Positions 1 to 14,195 are shown, counted from the first letter of the stretch. The stretch: 64,000 bases of DNA from Eledone cirrhosa (GCA_964016885.1 OZ024746.1:41106001-41170000); one strand, 5' to 3'. Program-made: numbers and translations. The notes: a model not told the origin generated them from the letters alone.

Positions 1-130
1 GGGTATTCACCAAGTCCATTGCCAGACGTCGGAGCTTCAATGAATCCATGCCCAGGGAAGCAAGGCGTTCAGAGTATGGTAGGTGTCTGATGGAGGGTAT
101 GCGCTTGGTTGCACGTCTCTGAACAGTTTA
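1..130 (-). mobile_element. CR1/L2-type LINE RT C-terminal fragment
   Basis: Minus strand reads VQRRATKRIPSIRHLPYSERLASLGMDSLKLRRLAMDL, a typical CR1-clade post-RT motif. Confidence 0.8.
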
Positions 131-325
131 TTTGTATGCTTTCTATTGAAATAGATATCAAATTGATAAAAACATTTGATAATATCTGTTGGGGTTGGGT
201 GATCATTAGAATTTTAGTAGTAAAAAAAATATACTACAATTCTCTATAAAGCTGCTATAAAGACACTCAAAGGCTATGTATGTTGTTTAAGTGCTGGTCA
301 TGTCAAAATTTACTACAGCTATTGT

Positions 326-522
326 ACAAGGGTGGGCTGAAACGTTCATAGACTGGCTATGAAGGAGTGATGTTAGAGCTGTGAAATCTTCCACGCATTG
401 ATTTCAACTCTTCTTAATAACTGCATTGTTTCTTTCCAGGGACTATGTTGAAAAATAAACCTTATTTGGTCATTCCATGACAGTGTCTTGGTTAGCCTAT
501 GAACTTTTCAGCCTACTCATAT
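326..522. mobile_element. mariner-like MITE
   Basis: Imperfect TIRs (caagggtgggctgaaacgttcatag / ctatgaacttttcagcctactc) with TA flanks; related copies at about 13090-13396 and 38233-38424. Confidence 0.6.
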
Positions 523-746
523 ACACTGTTTCTGAGCAAAGCATCAAAGAATGCTTGCTGCAATTTCTCCTGATAAAACAGAACTTGTTCCACACCTATT
601 TTACAATTGTGTGGTGGTTAGCAGTAGGAAGGACATCTAAATGTAAAAAATATAATTACCCCAAGAAATTTCCCCAAATATGTAATGGCATATAAAAAAA
701 TGAATAAAAAACAGTAAATAAAAAAAAAAAAAATGGTGATACTTAC

Positions 747-833
747 AGGCAAAACCAAGAACATCTCTGTCCAGTGTCCTATTAAGCCTTTGATGTAGAT
801 ATATCGCAACACATTGGCAATGAGAACTCCAAT
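747..833 (-). CDS. TMEM94: TMEM94-like coding exon 6 (IGVLIANVLRYIYIKGLIGHWTEMFLVLP)
   Basis: ttccAG acceptor, CCT|gtaagt donor, 87 nt, phase 0/0; resembles TMEM94 FLITNALRFIF. The gene continues left of the window. Confidence 0.85.
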
Positions 834-917
834 CTGGAATTAAAGAAAATTTCTACATAAAATATAGCAACAAGAGAAGGAAGTAAAGGAGAGATATATG
901 GATAGGTGGGAAATATA

Positions 918-951
<34 letters not shown>

Positions 952-2078
952 AGTTAGAAATGCCAGAAATGAGTGTGATTCAATAAAACACAATTCTTCA
1001 AATGTAATCCTTTCATTAGTATTTCAATTACAAGATAATATTAACCTATTATAGCTTATACACTCTGCATACATCACTGAAACCTATTAACTCCAGTATA
1101 TATGTATGTACCCGTAACTCCTGATTGAGTTGTAGAGGTGCCGTAGTGACATACGTTGTTTCTTGGGCAATTTTTAAACTTGGCAGAGCCCATGTCCTCT
1201 CCATGTCTGAACACAGCCGATTTCTTCCAGAGAAAGAGAAAGTGAGAAAGAGATATAAAAGAATGAACGCCAGTACAAAACTGGTAACTTTTATTATCGA
1301 CCTTGAAAGGATAAAAGGCAAAAAGGCAAAGTTAACCTTGACAGGATTTGAACTCAGAGAGCAGAGAGCCAGAACAAATATCCCAAAGCATTCTAATAAT
1401 TATCAATTTGCTGCCTATCAACTCTAGTACATGGCAATTAAAATACACCTTACCGAAATTTGAATTTTTATTTCCAAATTTTATCAATAACCAAATGGAA
1501 CATACTTTTGTTATTAGAAAAGGAGAAGTATAGAAGAGAAGAGTTGAGAATTATGTATAAATCTTTCCTCCGCATCATCATCTGTCCCCTTTTCCATGCC
1601 TATATGGGTCCTTTCTAACGCAGACTCCCTCATCATCATCTCTGTAAGGTTAAGTGTTTTGAGATCTATTCAAACCACATCAGTCTAGATTTTTCTTGGT
1701 TTTCCTCTATTATAACTTCTTTCCACCTGACATCACTTGGCACTTCTTCAGCATTCCTAATCCATAGGCATTTGTCTATGAATGTTTTATTTATTAGTTA
1801 TGTTTTATTTATTTATTAGTTATGGTGGCACAGATAAACACAACACCATAGTGGGAAAAAACATTGTGGTCTTCTCAGTGTAAGATTATGAAATATTTTG
1901 AGCTATTGAAAGGGTTGTAAAAAAACAGATCTAACCATGAAAACTTCATGGTAAACAAGATGTATTTTGTGAAAAGGGAACATTTTACTTATAAATATAT
2001 TTAGTGCCTTTGAAGAATATTTAATAAAAGTGATGCTGTATAATAAATAAAATGAAATAAATAAAAACAACACTTTAC

Positions 2079-2184
2079 CAGAAGCAACGGCAGGACAGTC
2101 CTTTCCAAGAGAACACTATAAATTTGATATCGCATGGAATCAATGATGCTAGCAGGATGTCTTCTTGTTTTGTCCAACAAGATT
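2079..2184 (-). CDS. TMEM94: TMEM94-like coding exon 5 (ILLDKTRRHPASIIDSMRYQIYSVLLERTVLPLLL)
   Basis: gacAG acceptor, CTG|gtaaag donor; phase 2 in, 0 out; resembles TMEM94 RPVTALDNERF...AVPVVL. Confidence 0.85.
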
Positions 2185-2914
2185 CTGTCAAAAGAATTAG
2201 AATAAAATAAGCTTATTATTTGTACTTTTAATATATTACAAGTCATCGAGTTCTTAACATTATTCAAATAGTTCATTGATGAGAAAAGAAAGCAAAAAAT
2301 TTCATTTCTTTTAGTATAATCCCAATGTAATTATCAAATCAGCCTTGCAGGTGTTGGTGCCTTGATAAAATGCACCTTGCACACTCTGAATTTGTTGGTC
2401 AAACAGAGACAATATAGGATAGAGATGACACTTTAGCCTTGTCGAAGACATAAAACCTCTCTAGGGTAGGTGCCAAAAAATGCACTCAGTACACTGTTAA
2501 TTGGCAAGTATTAGGAAGAGTATCTGAACATAGAAACCCCTACCAAAAATTGAATATACAAATAAGACATGATCCCATGACATGTCTAAAAACCGACACA
2601 AATTGTAATAGCCCATCCAGCGTAAAAAGCAGATATAAAATGATAATGATATTGTAAATAATTTTATTAGTTTCATAACTAACATATTGTGTCATTCTAG
2701 GTTGATTTCAACAGGAGTTGCCTTCAACTTTCATCTTTCCAGATAAGATACAATAATTGAAGAGTAAGAATGACTTTTCTTCCAATTTCACATTACAGAT
2801 CAAATAAAAACATTTGCTGAATCTGCATCAACTATTTTAGTATACCCAATTTTAAATTTCATTTTATTTAAACTGTACAAATATATAAATTTTATAACCC
2901 AATAAATATTTACA

Positions 2915-3047
2915 AAGAACAGTCAGTAGGCACCTCTTAACAAAAATACACCCCCACCCCATCCACACCACCCCTTTCGATGTAAAGTTATGTTGGTGCC
3001 ACAACATCCAGTCCGAAATAAATGAGGTCGTGTAGTAGGTGTCACGA

Positions 3048-3082
<35 letters not shown>

Positions 3083-3305
3083 AGTCCACGCTGTAATGTG
3101 GCCGTGTAGGCAACACGGTAAAAACCTTCCAGTCCACACTTTAAACGTGGTTGGTGTTAGGAAGGGCATCCAGCCATAGAAAACCCGCCAGACAGTCCTA
3201 TACGAGCAAGACAACCAATGTTGCCTCAAGTGGGAAAATTCCATCCAAACCCATGCAAGCGTGGAAGATGGACATTAAACGATGATGATGATGATGATGA
3301 TGATG
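2915..3305 (+). mobile_element. RTE LINE 3' UTR fragment with (GAT)n tail
   Basis: Closely similar to 56208-56696, the 3' UTR of the RTE element; ends in (gat)n. Confidence 0.85.
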
Positions 3306-4038
3306 AGAATATGCATTGCTTTGTTTTCATCATCTAGAAATATTTCTAGAAGGCCATTTAGAAAAAGCATCCAGATGTCTCTCCCCATATCCTACTACCT
3401 TAAAAAAGGAAACAGGCATTTGAATCTAGGATATTATAGTCCTGGATATACTTCAAACAAAGACAAGACAATCACAGATGTTTATTAAACCAAGGAAAAA
3501 ATGCATTAAAAAACTGTACAATATAAATGGCAATAAGGAAACAAAAGAGAAAGAAAAGAAATTAAGTAACGAAAGAAAGAGGAAAGGGAGCAACAGACTC
3601 AACACACCATATTAAACTGAGACCATAGGACTGCTCAATCAAGATTGATCATAGGCGAAGCACCAAAACCAAATCTTTCCAGACTGGATATAGTCAAAGT
3701 ATAGTAGCAAGGGTAAACATAGGATGGAAGATAATAAAAGAGCTATGATCCCTGCTAATATGAGATATGTGCAAGGAATGTAATGCAATGATAGTGAAAC
3801 ATACTGAGTGCCGAAATACACATTTTTGATAAGTTTTTGTCTGACAACAAAAGAAACCTGTTTTAAAAGCAGACAAAGAAGTTTGAAGGAAATTGAGAAG
3901 ATTGATCTCCAAACACCGAGTCTTATAGAAAAGATTATGCAGGATCAAGTTGATTGCAGATATTTGTATTGTAAACATAGTGAACCCATGCCAGTAGAGA
4001 AAACAAATAATAGAAAGAAAGAAAACAAAAAATATTAC

Positions 4039-4199
4039 CTAAAGTTTTCAACAAAGGGTGTTTTTAGAACTGTAAATTGTTGGGGTTCCAGTGGTACACG
4101 GCCCTGAGGTAAGCCATACTGCTCTACAGGAGCTGCTTGTTCAGGAGTATAACAGTCTCCTTCAAAGAGAATGGTGCCTTCTTCACCACCATCATCAAT
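4039..4199 (-). CDS. TMEM94: TMEM94-like coding exon 4 (IDDGGEEGTILFEGDCY...FTVLKTPFVENFR)
   Basis: Not in the ORF track; translated by hand. ttAG acceptor, AG|gtaat donor; resembles TMEM94 FRVLETPVIDNIR; phase 0 in, 2 out. Confidence 0.88.
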
Positions 4200-5578
4200 C
4201 TAACAATAAAAGAATGTATAATAGAAATATTTATTTTATTAGTTACTAGCTACCGAGATACATAACTGTTTTTTAACTGTTTTTTAACTGTTAAATTATT
4301 TTTATCATCACCATTGCATTGCAGTCAAAGTTTTTATTTTTTTTTTTTTTATTCAAATTACTTCTTTGAAGTGTCTAAATTTCAATTATTCAAGTTATGG
4401 CCATCTCACCAACATTAATATGATTCTAGCATTAATCTACCCTTAGAAATGGAAATAACTTTCAACAGTACAGTCTCCTACTTCAAAAGTTGCTTTAACT
4501 CTTTCATTACTGTTTCTAATGAAACACTTTGTATTTTAATTAATTAATGAAAAATTTGAGAAGGATTTATAAAACTATAATGTCAATAAAAGAGTATTTG
4601 TTACATTAACACATTTTCTTATAAGTTAAAAAAGTTTAAATTTAAGTAGGAACCCCATAAAATGGGTGGCTAACTTAGAAACAGAGGTTGCTTTGGGCTG
4701 GCAGGTATCATAAGGTGTATTTAATGAACTATAGGAGCAAAACTAGGAGCAAAAATCTTCTTCAAAATGTCAATGTCATCTGTTTACTTTTTTAAATTTT
4801 TTTTATGCTAACAAGTGTACATTTATTTAGTAGTTACCTTATCACTACTGTAGTAAGTACAGTGGAGTCTACACTTCAATGAGGAGCTCTAAGATCTAAA
4901 CATATTCGAAGTTGTCTCTCTTGTCAATAATAGAAATCAAAATAATATTAATCAAGGACCAATACTGTTTTCTTCCTCACAATATAATTATTTCAAGTTA
5001 GCTCATTGTATTTAAAGACCCTCTTCGGTCACGAACGACCATGGGATTTGCACCTAGAAAGTTCCTCTCCAAGGCACAAGTCTGAACAAGGTTGTTTGTG
5101 GAAGATCAGCAGTTGCCCATTCATACCAGTCTCCCCTCGTTGATATTAATATTTACCTGAATATATGTGATCATGACATATTGTTGAAATACAGTTCATC
5201 TTTGAAATCTGTTGAAAGCTTCTTCAACAAATATAGAATAATGTTAGTCAAGAAGGAAGTTACTGCATTGTTGCTGAACCTAATAGAAATATCAGCAAAA
5301 CTTCTTTCAAATCACACTCAAAAGTGACAGACCCCTTAGATAATGTAGTCCTAGATACACTATGCCTGATCTTAAAGATTCTTACATAAAACTATGATGG
5401 AAGATTTTTAGATATGATTCTAGAATAAACAGTTTTGAATCATAGAACAGTGGGGGCAATTTCAGGCAGTTATCAAAAAGGTTTAAAGAAAGAGTAAATC
5501 AACAGAAATGAAAATAAATCTAAGAGAGAAAATAAATAAATATATAGGAAAGGATAATGAGAAAATTCTTTGGTTTAC

Positions 5579-5772
5579 CTTCAGTTCTTGGCACTGCACT
5601 GGAACAGTATGACCAGGTCTTAAAAGAATAACATCACCTTTGACCATCAGGATGATGGGTAAGTCTACTAATACACCATCCCGGTATGTCCACTGTGTGG
5701 ATATGCAGGGAGACTGGGGATTGTTCATGTGTAAATAATCTTGAGAATCCCATATTCCATCCACTAAATTTT
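5579..5772 (-). CDS. TMEM94: TMEM94-like coding exon 3 (...SPCISTQWTYRDGVLVDLPIILMVKGDVILLRPG...ELK)
   Basis: Matches my recollection of the TMEM94 motif QWAYRDGHLVNLPVSLLVEGDIIALRPG; ttctAG acceptor, AAG|gtaaac donor; phase 1 in, 0 out. Confidence 0.92.
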
Positions 5773-5873
5773 CTAGAAAAGAAGAATTAAAGTCACATCA
5801 GAAATTATGATTACGTTGGCATAGACAAATCAATTTAAATTATAAAATTCTTTAATATTCTATCTATATGATT

Positions 5874-6206
5874 CATCATCATTTTACGTCCGCTTTTCCC
5901 TGCTTGCAAGGGTGGGATGGGAACCAATTCTAGCTTTGATTTCTACAGCTGGATGCCCTTCCTAACACCAACCTCATTTACAGTGAGTACTGGGTGCTTT
6001 TTTGCCGTGGCACCTCCACGACCACTTTGCAGTGGAATGATAGGGACCCCAGTCCCTATCATCTCATTTCTACAGCTGAGTAAACTGGAGCAATGTGAAA
6101 TAAAGTGTCTTGCTCAAGGAAACAACACATCACCCGGTCTGAGAATTGAACTCACAACCTTTCGATTGCAAAGCCAATGCTCTAACTACTTAGCCATGTG
6201 CCTCCA
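5874..6206 (-). mobile_element. tRNA-headed CORE-like SINE with RTE-derived tail
   Basis: Box A (tggctaagtag) and box B (gttcaattc), central ccttgagcaagacacttt block, tail shared with the RTE 3' UTR. Confidence 0.8.
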
Positions 6207-7116
6207 TGATTATAGAATTTTATTTTGTTACTAGAGAACAAATCGTTACCATTATATTTCACAGCTAAAGATGAGTTAATGAAGAAGTTTATAAGCTTAA
6301 AACAGCAGCTAAAGCTTGATTTCAGCATATTACCATATATACGCGAATATAAGCCAAAGAATAGATGACAAAAAAACAACAAACATAAATGGTAAATTGG
6401 GGGGGGCTCATACTCGGGGGGTAATATTTTGACAATTTTCACCAAATTCAAATTCTACATAAATGAAATACTAAAATATCTAGAGTGACTATTTCACAAT
6501 GAAATACCATTTTTCTACAATTACTATATCGTCATGAGTTTTATTTATGCATGAGAACATTCCCAACAAACTTTTATTTTTACTTTTTAATACCTAAATA
6601 TCTCCTAGATATGTATGCATACAAGTGTGCTGACTGCTTTTCTCTGACTTTATATTTTTCCTATCAATTTTATTTTGTTTCACTCTCTCGCTTGCTGTCT
6701 CTTCCTCCCCCTTCTACTCCGATTCCTTACACAGTGTTCTCATAGCCGATCTCTTAAATATTACACAATCATTTCGATCTCCCCCTAGCATTTTTAATGA
6801 TCTCCATAACAGTTAAAGAAAATCTTTTTAAAAAATAATACAGTGAATTTGTCAAACAAAAACTATACTCTAAACAACACTTAAAAAATTTTAAATATCA
6901 AAATATTAAAACTTCATAAATATTTTTTCCACTCATGAGAATTTCAAAACAACACCATAATGTGTTGATTAGCTGCCTCAGCTCATAAACGGGGTTTATA
7001 AGCTGAGGATTTTTGGATTTTTGCCCATTTCTCAGACATAAAATAGGGCGGTGGTGGCTATATTAGAATATATATGGTAAATAGCTCCAGCTGCTTGAAA
7101 TAATAGCCAAATCTTC

Positions 7117-7156
<40 letters not shown>

Positions 7157-8355
7157 CACTAACATGTTAGAAGTGGACACATTGAATAATGTAGACTTGA
7201 GTGCACCATACTCGGAAATAAAACAGGATGGTCACAGATGGATGGCCTAACGTCATAGCCATGACCTAGAACTAAACAAAATCCACCAAGAAAATCTTGG
7301 CTTTATAATACAAGATCCATATTTAGCAACAGGGAAATACTGGCTATATATGGATTCTATGGACAGGGTTAAAAAGTTGAGGTCAATTGATGTACATAGC
7401 TTTGATAAAATAGCTGATAGAAAAGCAGATATTTTACAAGCAATACATTATTTAACTCTTTCATTACTGTATTTGGAATGAAATATGTTGCCTATATATT
7501 TCAAATAATTTTTAAAATTATAAAAAATTGGAGGAATTTAATAAAATAACTCAAATTTTCATTGGTAAACTATTTGAAACAACATTTAACAAGAATTTAT
7601 AAAAAAAAATATGGAAGCTTTCAATATAAATATGAACACTTTAAAATAGGTAGTTTTGTATTTATAGAACCAGGATCAGTTTCAGACAGGTTGGTGTCAA
7701 AGGGGTTAAGCAGTCTATAGTATCATAGATGTTATTTAGCCCATCGTCAGTCCTGATTGAATATTGCAGCTGTGAATATGCTATCTTTAAAAGTAAGTAG
7801 GAGTATACTTTCCAATGTTACTTTTTTATACTTAAAATAGTCGGATGGGATTTGAGGAAATTTGGCAGCTATGTCTAGCAGGTAGAAACCTACAGAGAGA
7901 CTCTTTCATTGGTTTGATAGTAGTACACTGAACTGTGGTGGTGTAGAATTAACACCAACAAATTATTTGCTAAAACTGATATACTACTACTAACATAAGT
8001 ATTGAATTCTCTTTCAACCTGTTGATGTTACTGAAGAAGTGTAACAATGAATTTTACAACTAAAAAACAAACAAAAAAAATCCACTCAGTTATTGATATA
8101 CTTTGAGAGGGTAATGCTGACAAAAACACTTGCATCAGTTGGGTTTCAATTTCATTGTTATTAGTCAAGTAACTAATCCATTTATCAGTTGGTTAAGCAA
8201 CCAGGTGGTTATTTAATTGTCAAAGCTCCTTCGTCACACACAGACTTTCTCAATGACTAATTTGACCCCCTGTATCTCCGCTTCATTTTGATTTTGTTCC
8301 AAAAACGAAAAACATTAGATGATTGAGGAAATGATAAACTGGGCTAGATGCTTAC

Positions 8356-8513
8356 CCCGTATCTTGACCAATGCTTCTTGAGCAAGTCGGATAGGTTCTT
8401 TTAACACCAAAGTTTGATTCCAGCATACTAAATAACCATTGAAAATTAGACTGAGGATTATTAAGATAGCTTCTGCTAGCCACCATCGACTTTGATACAC
8501 AGGTTTATCTATG
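8356..8513 (-). CDS. TMEM94: TMEM94-like coding exon 2 (IDKPVYQSRWWLAEAILIILSLIFNGYLVCW...VKIR)
   Basis: tttcAG acceptor, G|gtaag donor, phase 2 in and phase 1 out; encodes a transmembrane segment. Confidence 0.85.
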
Positions 8514-9729
8514 CTGAAATAAAACAATAAAAATACATAAAATACATACAGTTAAAAGAAACAGGAGTATGTTGAAAAGGAGAGAATAATATACTACATT
8601 TTAAAATAAAAGAGTTCTAATGCCAAAGGAATAGTTTACATTTCTTGGTTTCATAAAACGTTGCAATTGGAGCTGCCTAATATTGTACCACCTCCACTCA
8701 AGCATTCTCATCTCAAGCTTGTGTCCAACCTCTCAAACCCTGCAATAACCACTATACTCATTTTTTGTGGCCTAGAATACTGGCACTTTGGAATTCCCTT
8801 ACTACAAGCATTGACAGGCACCAGTTGAAACAGAACATCAGTGGCATTAATCTTCTGTTTAAAATTGATTAACACTTTTTAACTTAAAAAAGGAATATTA
8901 CAAATTTATTCTTAATAGAATTGAGGTGCATGCATCATTTTATGTGTGCTTTCCATGCTTGCATGGTCCCAAACTAGATAGATTGGGAGGACCATGACTT
9001 GCTCATATGTTCCATTTTGGCGTGATTTTGATAGCTAGATGCCTTTACAGAGTGTACTGGGTGCATTTTATTGTGGCACCAGATCTACCACCAAGAGAAT
9101 GCATTGGGTGCAACTAGCAAAACCACTTACAAAGTGTACTGTTTGCATTTTATCATAGCATTAGCACTGTCATTTTACAGAGTGCACCGAGTACATTTTA
9201 TCATGACACCAGCTTACAGAATGTACTGAGTGCATTTTATAATGGAACCAGCATTACGTGTATTGGGTGCATTTTATCGTGTCCCCCAGCACTACCCATT
9301 TTATCAACATTATCATAGAACATACTGAAAAAAAAAAAAAAGTTGACTTCAGTATTGGAAACCAAAACGACTTAAGCACAGCAATATATCTTGTTTAACA
9401 CTATACATTGTGCCATCCACCACCCTTCTCCAATATATTAATCACTGAATAGAATCCAATTAAGCCTTTCTGGAATCTCAAGGTAGGTTGGATTACATTA
9501 ACAAAACATTGTTCAAGTCAAAAGCAACTCATTTTGTTACATACAGGCTTTGTCATCAAAATTGCTCTTGCTACATTTAATTAATCAACTCCTTGTGTTA
9601 TCTTCTGTCACAGACAGCAAAACTTGTTTATACATGAATAATGAAATACTTTGTCCTCAACCTAAAAAGAAACCTTTCCTTTTTAATCTAACAAAGAGCT
9701 ATCAAATTATTAGCATCATTGTTTGTGTT

Positions 9730-10225
9730 TCTGAGGTCCTTTTTAATGAATGTAAAACAACAGAGAAGGCTGGAAAAGAACTGAAGTGTGACTGGTCTTG
9801 TAGATGAGTGGAGTATTGTTGAGAGAGATAAGACAAACAAATTACTGGGGTGATATGAATAAAACCAATGATGAATGTTGTGAAGAAAAATTGGAATGAG
9901 ATGATTGGGTTGGGCATTGTGTTGAAGGATAAAAGTGATTGGTTAAGAAAAATAGAGCTAATGATGAAGTTTGTGCAAGAAATTGAATGAGATGGTTGGG
10001 TCATATGTTGATGTAGGCTGAATATGACTGGGTGAGAAGAGTGATTGAAATGAATGTAGAAAGTAGAGGAAAGAAAAGACCAAGAAAGACTTGGCTAAAA
10101 GCGGAGGAAATAAAAACCTGGGGTTGGTGAGGGGGGGGGGGGTGTAGATGATAGAAGAAAGTGGAGAAGCTTGTCATGGGGCCAGCATTGCTAACCCTGC
10201 TTTAGCAGGGAAGATGGACTTAAAG
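9730..10225 (+). mobile_element. Highly degraded RTE LINE 3' fragment
   Basis: Remnants of RWLGH and RPRKTW motifs; a similar relic lies at about 14560-14990. Confidence 0.55.
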
Positions 10226-11740
10226 TGCTTGTTGTATTGTTTGTGCTTTTATTTGGGTTTTCTTTGGGCTTATATTCAAAATTTGGACAAGGTTTTTGAG
10301 GCACTTTTTTCTTTGGCTAGATGCCATTTTTAACATAATCCCATACTTTATTTATAAGAATAGTAAGTATATATAGCAAACTTTCATTGGCCAGCCAAGC
10401 TGCAGGATGTATTGTATATGCAAGACTTATAAATTGCTACTACTTGCTTCAAGTTTTGTCAATATGAAAATATTCATGGTAAATAACTGATACAATCCCC
10501 ATTCTGTCTCAACATCCTCCTCCTCCTCTGAAGAATGACTGATACATATACACACCCATATATGAGATGTTTCTCTACAGTTTCTGCCTAGCAAATTCTA
10601 CTCACAAGACATATTGGTCAACCAAAGGCTATATATAGTCCAAAATACTTGCCTAAGGTTCTATGTAGAGGTGGAGGCCTAAACTATATGGTTGCAAAGC
10701 AAACTTCTTAACCTCACAGCCAGGTTTGTGTAATGTGCATATGTAAATAAAACCACAGAATATTAATTTTGTAGTGTGATGCATTTTTACTACTCAACTT
10801 ACAACTTATTTTTAAAATATGGAACTGTTACATGCCCCCTCCCTCCAAAAAAGAATGGAATATAAATATTGAAAAAAAAAAAGTTTTATTTTTTGGCACA
10901 ATTTGAAATGAAAAAGAAAGTTGATTAAATCTTACCGATACTTATTTTATCAACCCTGTAAGGATGAAAGGCAAAACAAGGCAGCGAGTTAGCAGACATG
11001 GAACAGACTGTCATTGGTTTCAATGATATTCTAGGTGCTTGATCAACAGAACAGTCAGTTTATGAAATTATAGTTCTGAGCATTCCACAAACACGTGCGT
11101 AATTCTCAGGGAGATTCAGCACGATACAGAATGTAACAAGGCTGGCCCTTTGAATTAGAGGTAAAGTCCATCCAACAGGTTTCCAAACAGTTTCTGTCTC
11201 CCCAATTTCACTCAAGGCATGGGTTGACCCAAGGCTAGGGTAAATGACACTTGCCCAAGATGCTACACAGTAGGATCAAACCTGGCTAAATACTTTGTAG
11301 CATTTTGAGTTCAAACACACCAAAATCAACATAATTTTTCATTCCTCTGATGTCATTAAAGAAACTATCAGCAATATACTCAAATTAGTGTTTCTCAGTG
11401 GGATTAAAACTAGTATCATAATGGGAAACATATATACATACAAGAAAGCCCCCTCTCTAGCATTTCACCTCTATCCTTTGTTGATGCACATTATCAATGT
11501 ATAATGTTTTCCTCTTTTCATCATTATCATCACTGTTTAAAGACTATTTTCTATACTTACATCTGTTAGATGAGCAGTCACATATAGAAACTAAACTGGA
11601 CACATCTTGCTTGTGTGCTCTGTTCTTTTGGATTGGTTTCTATGGATGGATGCTCTTCCTAACACCAACCACTTTACAGCAATCTATTGTGACTCTGGCT
11701 CCTTATAGATGAACTTAGTCAAGGGTTGGTTGAAAAGTTC

Positions 11741-12439
11741 ATGGAAAGAAACAATGCAGTTATTAATAAAGAAGTTGAAATTATTGCTTGCAAAATTTCA
11801 CGGCTCTAGCATCACTCCTTTGTATATGTAAGTCATCTTTGTTGAATCTCTTGCTTGACTATAGAATATATTGTTCACACCATCACCATTTTATATCCAT
11901 AACCCTTGCTGGCATGTTTTGTCACATTCTGAGACTAAACTGGTCATATGTTCATCTTGTTCATATGTTCCATATTTGGCATAGTTTTTTTAATGTCTGG
12001 ATGCCTTCTTAACACCAACCAATTTACTGTGTGTAGTGATTATTTTTTAGAGTGGACTGGGTGTTTTATAGTGGTATCAGCATGGGACATAAACAAACAT
12101 TACTAGTCACCTTAAGTTTCGTTGATATGAAGACATACTTATACATATAGCATAATCATCATTTTTATGTATTTTCTCTAGTTTGAGATTAGACAGGTCA
12201 GAGAACCTCATCTTGCTCATGTTTTTGAGCATGTTTTCTATAGGTGGATGACCTTTTAAACACCAACTACTTAACAGATGGGATGGTATGGAGTAATGGA
12301 GGGTGTGAATTGTAGCTACTACATGATTTGTTACTTGTAGGTAGTTGATTAAACACGCACACACACACACACACACACGTATATATATATATACACACAC
12401 ACTTAAATATATGAATGTATGTCTGTATATATGAATGTA

Positions 12440-12475
<36 letters not shown>

Positions 12476-13169
12476 CATACATACAGACATACATTCATAT
12501 ATTTAAGAGTGTGTATATATATATATATATATACACACACACTGTGTGTGTGTGTTTAATCAACTACCTACAAGTAACAAATCATGTAGTAGCTACAATT
12601 CACACCCTCCATTACTCCATACCATCCCATCTGTTAAGTAGTTGGTGTTTAAAAGGTCATCCACCTATAGAAAACATGCTCAAAAACATGAGCAAGATGA
12701 GGTTCTCTGACCTGTCTAATCTCAAACTAGAGAAAATACATAAAAATGATGATTATGCTATATGTATAAGTATGTCTTCATATCAACGAAACTTAAGGTG
12801 ACTAGTAATGTTTGTTTATGTCCCATGCTGGTACCACTATAAAACACCCAGTCCACTCTAAAAAATAATCACTACACACAGTAAATTGGTTGGTGTTAAG
12901 AAGGCATCCAGACATTAAAAAAACTATGCCAAATATGGAACATATGAACAAGATGCAGTGACCTGACCAGTTTAGTCTCAGAATGTGACAAAACATGCCA
13001 GCAAGGGTTATGGATATAAAATAATAATGATGGTGATAATATATTCTATAGTCAAGCAAGAGATTCAACAAAGATGACCTACATATACAAAGGAGTGATG
13101 CTAGAGCCGTGAAATTTTGCAAGCAATAATTTCAACTCTTTACTAATAACTGCATTGTTTCTTTCCATG
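11741..13169. repeat. ~1.4-kb near-perfect palindrome centred on (TA)n
   Basis: Mirror ORFs in the track (12107..12400- vs 12415..12801+; 11788..12012+ vs 12802..13122-); arms checked by eye; centre at about 12446-12470. Confidence 0.95.
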
Positions 13170-13749
13170 GACTATCCTGAAATATTAAACCACATTTGGT
13201 CATTCCACGAGAGTATCTTGGTCAGTCTATGAAGGAGTGATGCTAGAGCTGTGAAATTTTGCATGGATTAATTTCAACTTCTTTATTAATAACTGCATTG
13301 TTTCTTTCCATGAACTATGTTGAAAAATAAACCACATTTGGTCATTCCATGAGAGTATCTTGGACAGCCTATGAACTTTTCAACCAACCCTTGACTATAA
13401 TTATAAATAAAATAAGTGTGGGTTGGTGTAAAAAATGTCTTATTTAACTTATGCCAACATGTGATGATGATGATAGATAAATACTGCAACAAATAGTGTG
13501 TTGCCAACAAATATATCTATATAGGTGAGATAATAAGTACATACATGAGATATCTATGAGTATGCAACAACTTTAGATATGAGAATATTAATACACTAAT
13601 ATCAAATACTGTACAGTAGATGATAAAGTGAAATATTTTATTTTCCTACTAATTTATTAGTGGTTAGTTTAGTACTTCTGGAAGGGTAGGTAGATGGCAA
13701 TCAATCAAGAAACTATATACTGTAGGGTTTATCTGATATGGTGTGTGGG

Positions 13750-14195
13750 GAGGGAGAGGAAGTAGAGTGAGAGTTGAGAGAGAGAGAGAGAAAAACATGA
13801 GGAGAGAGTGAGGGAGTGAAAGAAGAGTGGTAAGAGAGAGGGGGAGAGAGCAGAGAGAGAAGAGAAGAGGAGAGAGAAGAGAGAGAGAAGAGAGAGAGAA
13901 GAGGAGAGAGAGAAGAGGAGAGAGAGAAGAGGAGAGAGAGAAGAGGAGAGAGAGAAGAGGAGAGAGAGAAGAGGAGAGAGAGAAGAGGAGAGAAGAGGAG
14001 AAAGGGACAGGAGAGAGAGAAAGAGAGAGAAAGGGACAGGAGAGAGAGAAAGAGAGAGAAAGGGAGGAGGAGAGAAGAGAGAGGAGAGAGAGGAGAGAGA
14101 GAGAGGGGGAAAGAGAGGAGAGAGAGAGGGGGGGAAAGAGAGAGAGAGAGAGGGGAAAGAGGGGAAAGAGAGGAGAGAGAGAGGAGAGAAAGAGA
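13750..14195 (+). repeat. Polypurine (GA-rich) low-complexity tract
   Basis: About 450 bp, almost entirely G and A, with a gagagagaagag-like period. Confidence 0.95.

Noticed and set aside
1-143. Possible next TMEM94 exon
   Set aside because: It translates as a CR1-type RT fragment, not TMEM94.
12107-12801. Two ORFs with identical C-termini, suggesting duplicated genes
   Set aside because: A by-product of the palindrome and microsatellites; no recognisable protein.
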